Source: Candidatus Aenigmatarchaeota archaeon
Lineage (GTDB): Archaea > Aenigmatarchaeota > Aenigmatarchaeia > CG10238-14 > SpSt-28
Length of the DNA stretch: 64,000 bases
Assembly: GCA_038733315.1 (NCBI GenBank)
Contig: JAVYPJ010000001.1
Span: forward strand, 199,863 to 263,862
Direction of reading: 5' to 3'
Shown here: in pieces, positions 60,108-64,000 of the stretch
Numbering within the stretch: position 1 is the stretch's first letter
Layout of the letters: each line of letters begins with the position of its first letter
Program-made: the position numbers and the translations under genes
The notes under the pieces: model-generated
What the model saw: the letters and a program-made list of their open reading frames with translations, nothing else
Databases searched by the model: none
What the model was told of the DNA's origin: nothing

Positions 60108-62215
60108 ATTGGGAATCCCCGTTAGAAAAAGAGAGTCATCCAAATAAGTGCCTATATTGTCATATTGATGAAGTTAAGAGAATTTTTGATAGGTTTGTGA
60201 ATTTTTTTGGTTTTTCAAAATCATCGAAAGCTTACAAAATCATAGAAAAAGTAATAGAATATCACGATACAGGTAAGCTAAATCCTGCCTGGAATTTCAA
60301 TTCAAATATTCCTCATTCAATCTATTCATGTAAATATTTTGAGCAAGCAATAAAAAAAGAAGGTAGAGAGCCTACTGAAGAAGATGCTTTAATATTGTTC
60401 TTAATTTTAAAGCATCATGGCTTGCTTAAGCCAACTACAAGATATAGTGAATATGAAGTTATAGAAGAGTTTAAAGGAGGTAGTTTAAGAAATTGGTTTT
60501 TTTCTAATTTCTCAAAAGATGAGAGAATAGAGTTGGCAGATTTATATGGAATATTTAAAATTGCTGATTGTTTATCAGCATCTAATTCTACTTTCGTACC
60601 AGAGTCTCCTTCGATTGATTATAACGAGCTAAAAAATTTTTTACCGGATATTAAAAGAAGAAAGGAGCAAGAGGAAATTCAGAAAATAAAAAGAATAGGT
60701 TTTCTTAAAGCTCCAACTGGATGGGGGAAAACTAAAGCTTCTTTACTTTATTTATTAGGGAAGGAAAATATTAGAAAATGTTTTCTTATTTTTCCAACTA
60801 TTACAGCTATTAATGAACTGTATATGGAGTTTAAAAAGTTGTGTGGGGATAAAGTTGCTAAATATTTTTATTTTTATGATGTTGAAGTGTACGAAATGCT
60901 TGAAGAAAGAGAAGCACAATTTAAGACATTTTTATCCAAATATTTTCTTAAACCATTTATTATAACTACTATTGATCAAATTTTACTCTCTTTTTTACAA
61001 ATAGGAAGCTATCATATGAGGCGAGTAATGTTTAAAAATGCAGCAATAATTCTAGATGAAGTACATTTGCTTAATGAAAGAATGTTATACATTCTTTTAC
61101 ATTTTCTCAAGCTTTACTGGAATACTTATAATCTTCACATACTATTTATGTCTGCCACATTTTCAGATGCGCTTTCCCAAGCTATTAAAGAATTTTTACC
61201 ATTAGAAATAAGTAAAAATATAGTTGAAATTAATAAATTGGAAAAATATAAAGAATTAAAAAGAATCAAGGTTAAGTTAAGATTAAGTGAACATATTGAT
61301 AGTGCTATTGAGGAAATAGCGAAAAAAGGTAAAGAGAAAAGAGTTCTTGTAATAGTAAATACCGTTGAAACTGCTGTGGCCATTAAACAAAAATTAGAAG
61401 AATATAAAGATGTGACATCAATTCTTTTACACGGTAGATTCATGTATTATTCTCGAAAAAAGAAAGAGGATATTGTTAAAAAATTTAAAAATTCATTAAA
61501 ACCACATGTTTTAGTTTCTACACAAGTTTGTGAAGTTTCTCTTGATATTTCGTATGATTATCTTTATACAGAGCTGGCACCTTTTCCTTCTCTCATTCAA
61601 AGGTTTGGACGTGTTAACAGAAGCGGTAAAGAAGCAATTGAATATAATGTTTTCATTTTTAGGCCAAAAATTAAAGATGAAGAAAAATATCCTTATGAGA
61701 AAGAAAAATTGGATGAGGCAGAAGATTGTTTAAAAAGAGTTGAAGATTTTAAAAACGAATGGGAATTGATCCGAGTTTTTAATGAGTTAGAAAGTAAGGA
61801 GAAATTGGAACAAAATCTTAAAAAGGCGGAGCGCGATATTAACTTAACTAGATTCGAAGGTGTAACTGGATTGTTCTTTTCACCAGATTTGAAAGAAAAC
61901 GAAATTAAAAAAATATTAACATATAGAGAAGACTTTACAACACTTATTATACCTTGTAAAGATTTGATTGTAGGAGATAAAGCTGATAAGATTAGGGCTG
62001 AAATAGATGATATTCTTACTAAATTAAATGAAAAAGGTGATTTAAAGTTATATGCAAAATTGAAGGGATTTGCGGTAAATGTACCTTTTTTTGTTATATT
62101 AAAAGGAAGTATTGAAAAAAATAAGGGGATACCAATTGTAAAAGAAATAAAAGATTTTGTTTATGATACAAGGTATGGATTTATTAGTGAAAAGCTATTA
62201 AAAAATTTAATATGA
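60095..62215 (+). CDS. cas3: Cas3 (N-terminal HD nuclease fused to SF2 helicase)
   Basis: YHDTGK, H, KHHG, AD..SA; APTGWGKT, DEVH, MSAT, STQV.EVSLDI, QR.GRVNR; GTG at 60095 preferred over TTG at 60083. Confidence 0.95.
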   Translation: MVDINWESPLEKESHPNKCLYCHIDEVKRIFDRFVNFFGFSKSSKAYKIIEKVIEYHDTGKLNPAWNFNSNIPHSIYSCKYFEQAIKKEGREPTEEDALILFLILKHHGLLKPTTRYSEYEVIEEFKGGSLRNWFFSNFSKDERIELADLYGIFKIADCLSASNSTFVPESPSIDYNELKNFLPDIKRRKEQEEIQKIKRIGFLKAPTGWGKTKASLLYLLGKENIRKCFLIFPTITAINELYMEFKKLCGDKVAKYFYFYDVEVYEMLEEREAQFKTFLSKYFLKPFIITTIDQILLSFLQIGSYHMRRVMFKNAAIILDEVHLLNERMLYILLHFLKLYWNTYNLHILFMSATFSDALSQAIKEFLPLEISKNIVEINKLEKYKELKRIKVKLRLSEHIDSAIEEIAKKGKEKRVLVIVNTVETAVAIKQKLEEYKDVTSILLHGRFMYYSRKKKEDIVKKFKNSLKPHVLVSTQVCEVSLDISYDYLYTELAPFPSLIQRFGRVNRSGKEAIEYNVFIFRPKIKDEEKYPYEKEKLDEAEDCLKRVEDFKNEWELIRVFNELESKEKLEQNLKKAERDINLTRFEGVTGLFFSPDLKENEIKKILTYREDFTTLIIPCKDLIVGDKADKIRAEIDDILTKLNEKGDLKLYAKLKGFAVNVPFFVILKGSIEKNKGIPIVKEIKDFVYDTRYGFISEKLLKNLI

Positions 62216-63198
62216 AGTGGAAGAAAGAAATAAAAAATTTCGTATTTTGGAGAGAGAATGAGGTATTCTTAGTAAATATTAATTATCTTCTTTCTATAGC
62301 AAATTGGTTTCCCAATTTTTTTCCTAAAAATCCAAAAAGTGGGTTTGGAAAAGAAAGGTCTCAACTTCGAGCAGAAATAAAGAATGAAATTGATGAGGAA
62401 AAAAGAAGAGAGAAATTTTTAGAATTATTAGAATGTCTGACCAGACAAATAAGTGAAAAGGGATATTCTTCGTTACTTTATCCAACTATAATAACAGAGC
62501 CCAACTTATTTTTAGGAAGTGAAAAATTACCAGAAGAGGAAGAAATATGGAAAACTATTTATTTAGTTTATTGCTATTCTTTAAAAATAGGAAATTCTAT
62601 TATAACCTTTGATAATATTTCGGAGGAAAGTAAACAAAAATTTTGGCGATTACTTATTAGCGAAAAAATTGTAACGCAAAAGGTTGATCTTTCTCCTGTT
62701 AAAAATACACTTAAGGTTCGTTTGAATTCTAATGATAAATTTTTTGTAACACTCTCTTTGCTGGCTTATTGGATTAAAAAATTTAGTGAAAACGAAGAAA
62801 ATTCTTCTCAAGGTCTTTGGTCAAAATTTATTTCTAAATTAGGATGGTCAGATGTCTCTTCATTGATAATTTTTACTAGAGAAGAGAAAAGCGGAAAAGC
62901 TGCCTATTATGCCTTTCCACGTTTTTCAAAAATTATTTTGAAGTGGTTTGATTCGAATATGAGTTTACTTAGGTTTTTGAATTCTCTTACTAATATAAGA
63001 GGCATAAATGAAGAAAAATTGAATTTGATTAGAAAAGAAAGGGAAAAATTGATTTACAACTTATTTAAGTACAATGAGATAAATGGGGAAATACTTTCTT
63101 CTTGTGTTAATATAAAAATTTTCTATGAACTTAAAGCAAGAAAAGAACGAATTAGAGGATTTGATAAAGCAAAAGACTTTTTCTCCAAACTTGGATGA
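62212..63198 (+). CDS. Probable Cascade large subunit (Cas8a-like, divergent)
   Basis: 328-aa ORF coupled between cas3 and cas4; no other Cas8 candidate; called from position and size. Confidence 0.6.
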   Translation: MKWKKEIKNFVFWRENEVFLVNINYLLSIANWFPNFFPKNPKSGFGKERSQLRAEIKNEIDEEKRREKFLELLECLTRQISEKGYSSLLYPTIITEPNLFLGSEKLPEEEEIWKTIYLVYCYSLKIGNSIITFDNISEESKQKFWRLLISEKIVTQKVDLSPVKNTLKVRLNSNDKFFVTLSLLAYWIKKFSENEENSSQGLWSKFISKLGWSDVSSLIIFTREEKSGKAAYYAFPRFSKIILKWFDSNMSLLRFLNSLTNIRGINEEKLNLIRKEREKLIYNLFKYNEINGEILSSCVNIKIFYELKARKERIRGFDKAKDFFSKLG

Positions 63199-63718
63199 AA
63201 TAATAGAAGAAAAAGCTTTATTTACTGGGGTGCAAATAAATTATTTTATTCATTGCAAAACACAACTTTGGTACTTCTCTCATCATATTACACAAGAACA
63301 TGAATCAGAACTTGTAATTTTAGGAAGAATATTACATGAAACTACATTCGAAGATATAAAAAAAGACATAGTTATAGATTGGAGAATATCCATAGATTTT
63401 ATTAAAAATAAAGATCAAATTATAATTCATGATATCAAGAAGTCATCTAAATTTTGGAGGGCTCACTACTATCAAATGCTCTATTATTTATATTATCTTA
63501 AGTATGAAAAAGGGATAGAAAATGTAAGGGGAATAATAAATTATCCTTCTGAAAAAAGAGTCGTTGAAGTTAACTTAACTCCAGAAAAAGAAATTGAGTT
63601 ACAAAAAATCTTTCAAGAAATTAAAAGAATCGTTTCTTTACCAAAACCTCCAAAGCCAGAAAAGAAAAAATATTGTAGAAAATGTAGTTATTTTGAGCTA
63701 TGTTGGATAAATAAATAA
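63191..63718 (+). CDS. cas4: Cas4
   Basis: TG.QINY...C..QLW, G..LHE, IDF...DIKKS, Q...YL, C..C.Y...C; TTG start at 63191 inferred. Confidence 0.94.
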   Translation: MDEIIEEKALFTGVQINYFIHCKTQLWYFSHHITQEHESELVILGRILHETTFEDIKKDIVIDWRISIDFIKNKDQIIIHDIKKSSKFWRAHYYQMLYYLYYLKYEKGIENVRGIINYPSEKRVVEVNLTPEKEIELQKIFQEIKRIVSLPKPPKPEKKKYCRKCSYFELCWINK

Positions 63719-64000
63719 TGGGAAAAGTTAATTATTATATTGCTAGTAATGGAATTTTAAAAAGGAAGCAAAACACTGTTTATTTTATTAAAAAGAATGA
63801 AAAGGGAGAAATAGAAAAGAAAGTTTTACCAATTAACAAAATTTATGCTATATACGCTTATGGTAAAATAACTTTTTCATCTGCTGTAGTTTCATATCTT
63901 TCTAAACATGGTGTACCAATACACTTTTTTAACAAATACGGTTTCTATGAAGGTAGTTTATATCCTAGACAAACCTTAGTATCTGGATATTTATTAGTAA
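63718..64000 (+). CDS. cas1: Cas1 (I-B-like), truncated by window end
   Basis: MGKVNYYIASNGILKRKQNTVYF...LPI..I......G........S......IHFFN.YGFYEGS.YPR..LVSG.LLV. Confidence 0.93.
   Translation, partial: MGKVNYYIASNGILKRKQNTVYFIKKNEKGEIEKKVLPINKIYAIYAYGKITFSSAVVSYLSKHGVPIHFFNKYGFYEGSLYPRQTLVSGYLLV

Noticed and set aside
671..61733. Many short antisense or alternate-frame ORFs in the track (e.g. 671..943, 4327..4545, 8006..8371, 15432..15749, 21377..21634, 43883..44221, 52560..52994, 61135..61443)
   Set aside because: Nested in well-supported genes, F/S/I/L-rich shadow composition, no motifs.

Overview
Very AT-rich, gene-dense archaeal chromosomal segment. It is archaeal by Hel308, Kae1, Cbf5, L14e, Rpo11, an archaeal S-layer gene and archaeal-type tRNAs. 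GC-rich tRNAs, mostly leaderless-looking genes and short strand-switching units suggest a thermophilic DPANN-like lineage (inference). Housekeeping content: IleRS, LeuRS, a ThrRS split into catalytic and editing genes, RNase Z, RqcH/NEMF, Kae1, Cbf5 and six intron-less tRNAs. Defence content: a beta-class MTase with a SNase-like tail plus MjaI-like endonuclease, an MNT-HEPN pair, a two-gene N6-MTase + PLD-SNF2 helicase module, and a 33-repeat CRISPR array followed by a type I cas operon with I-A gene order, fused Cas3 and I-B-like cas1 (cut by the window end). The intergenic DNA also holds RNA elements absent from the ORF track: a canonical C/D box sRNA, a second degenerate one, a K-turn H/ACA-like guide, and a K-turn hairpin in the S-layer leader next to a perfect palindrome. 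All family calls come from motif recognition; no database search was run.
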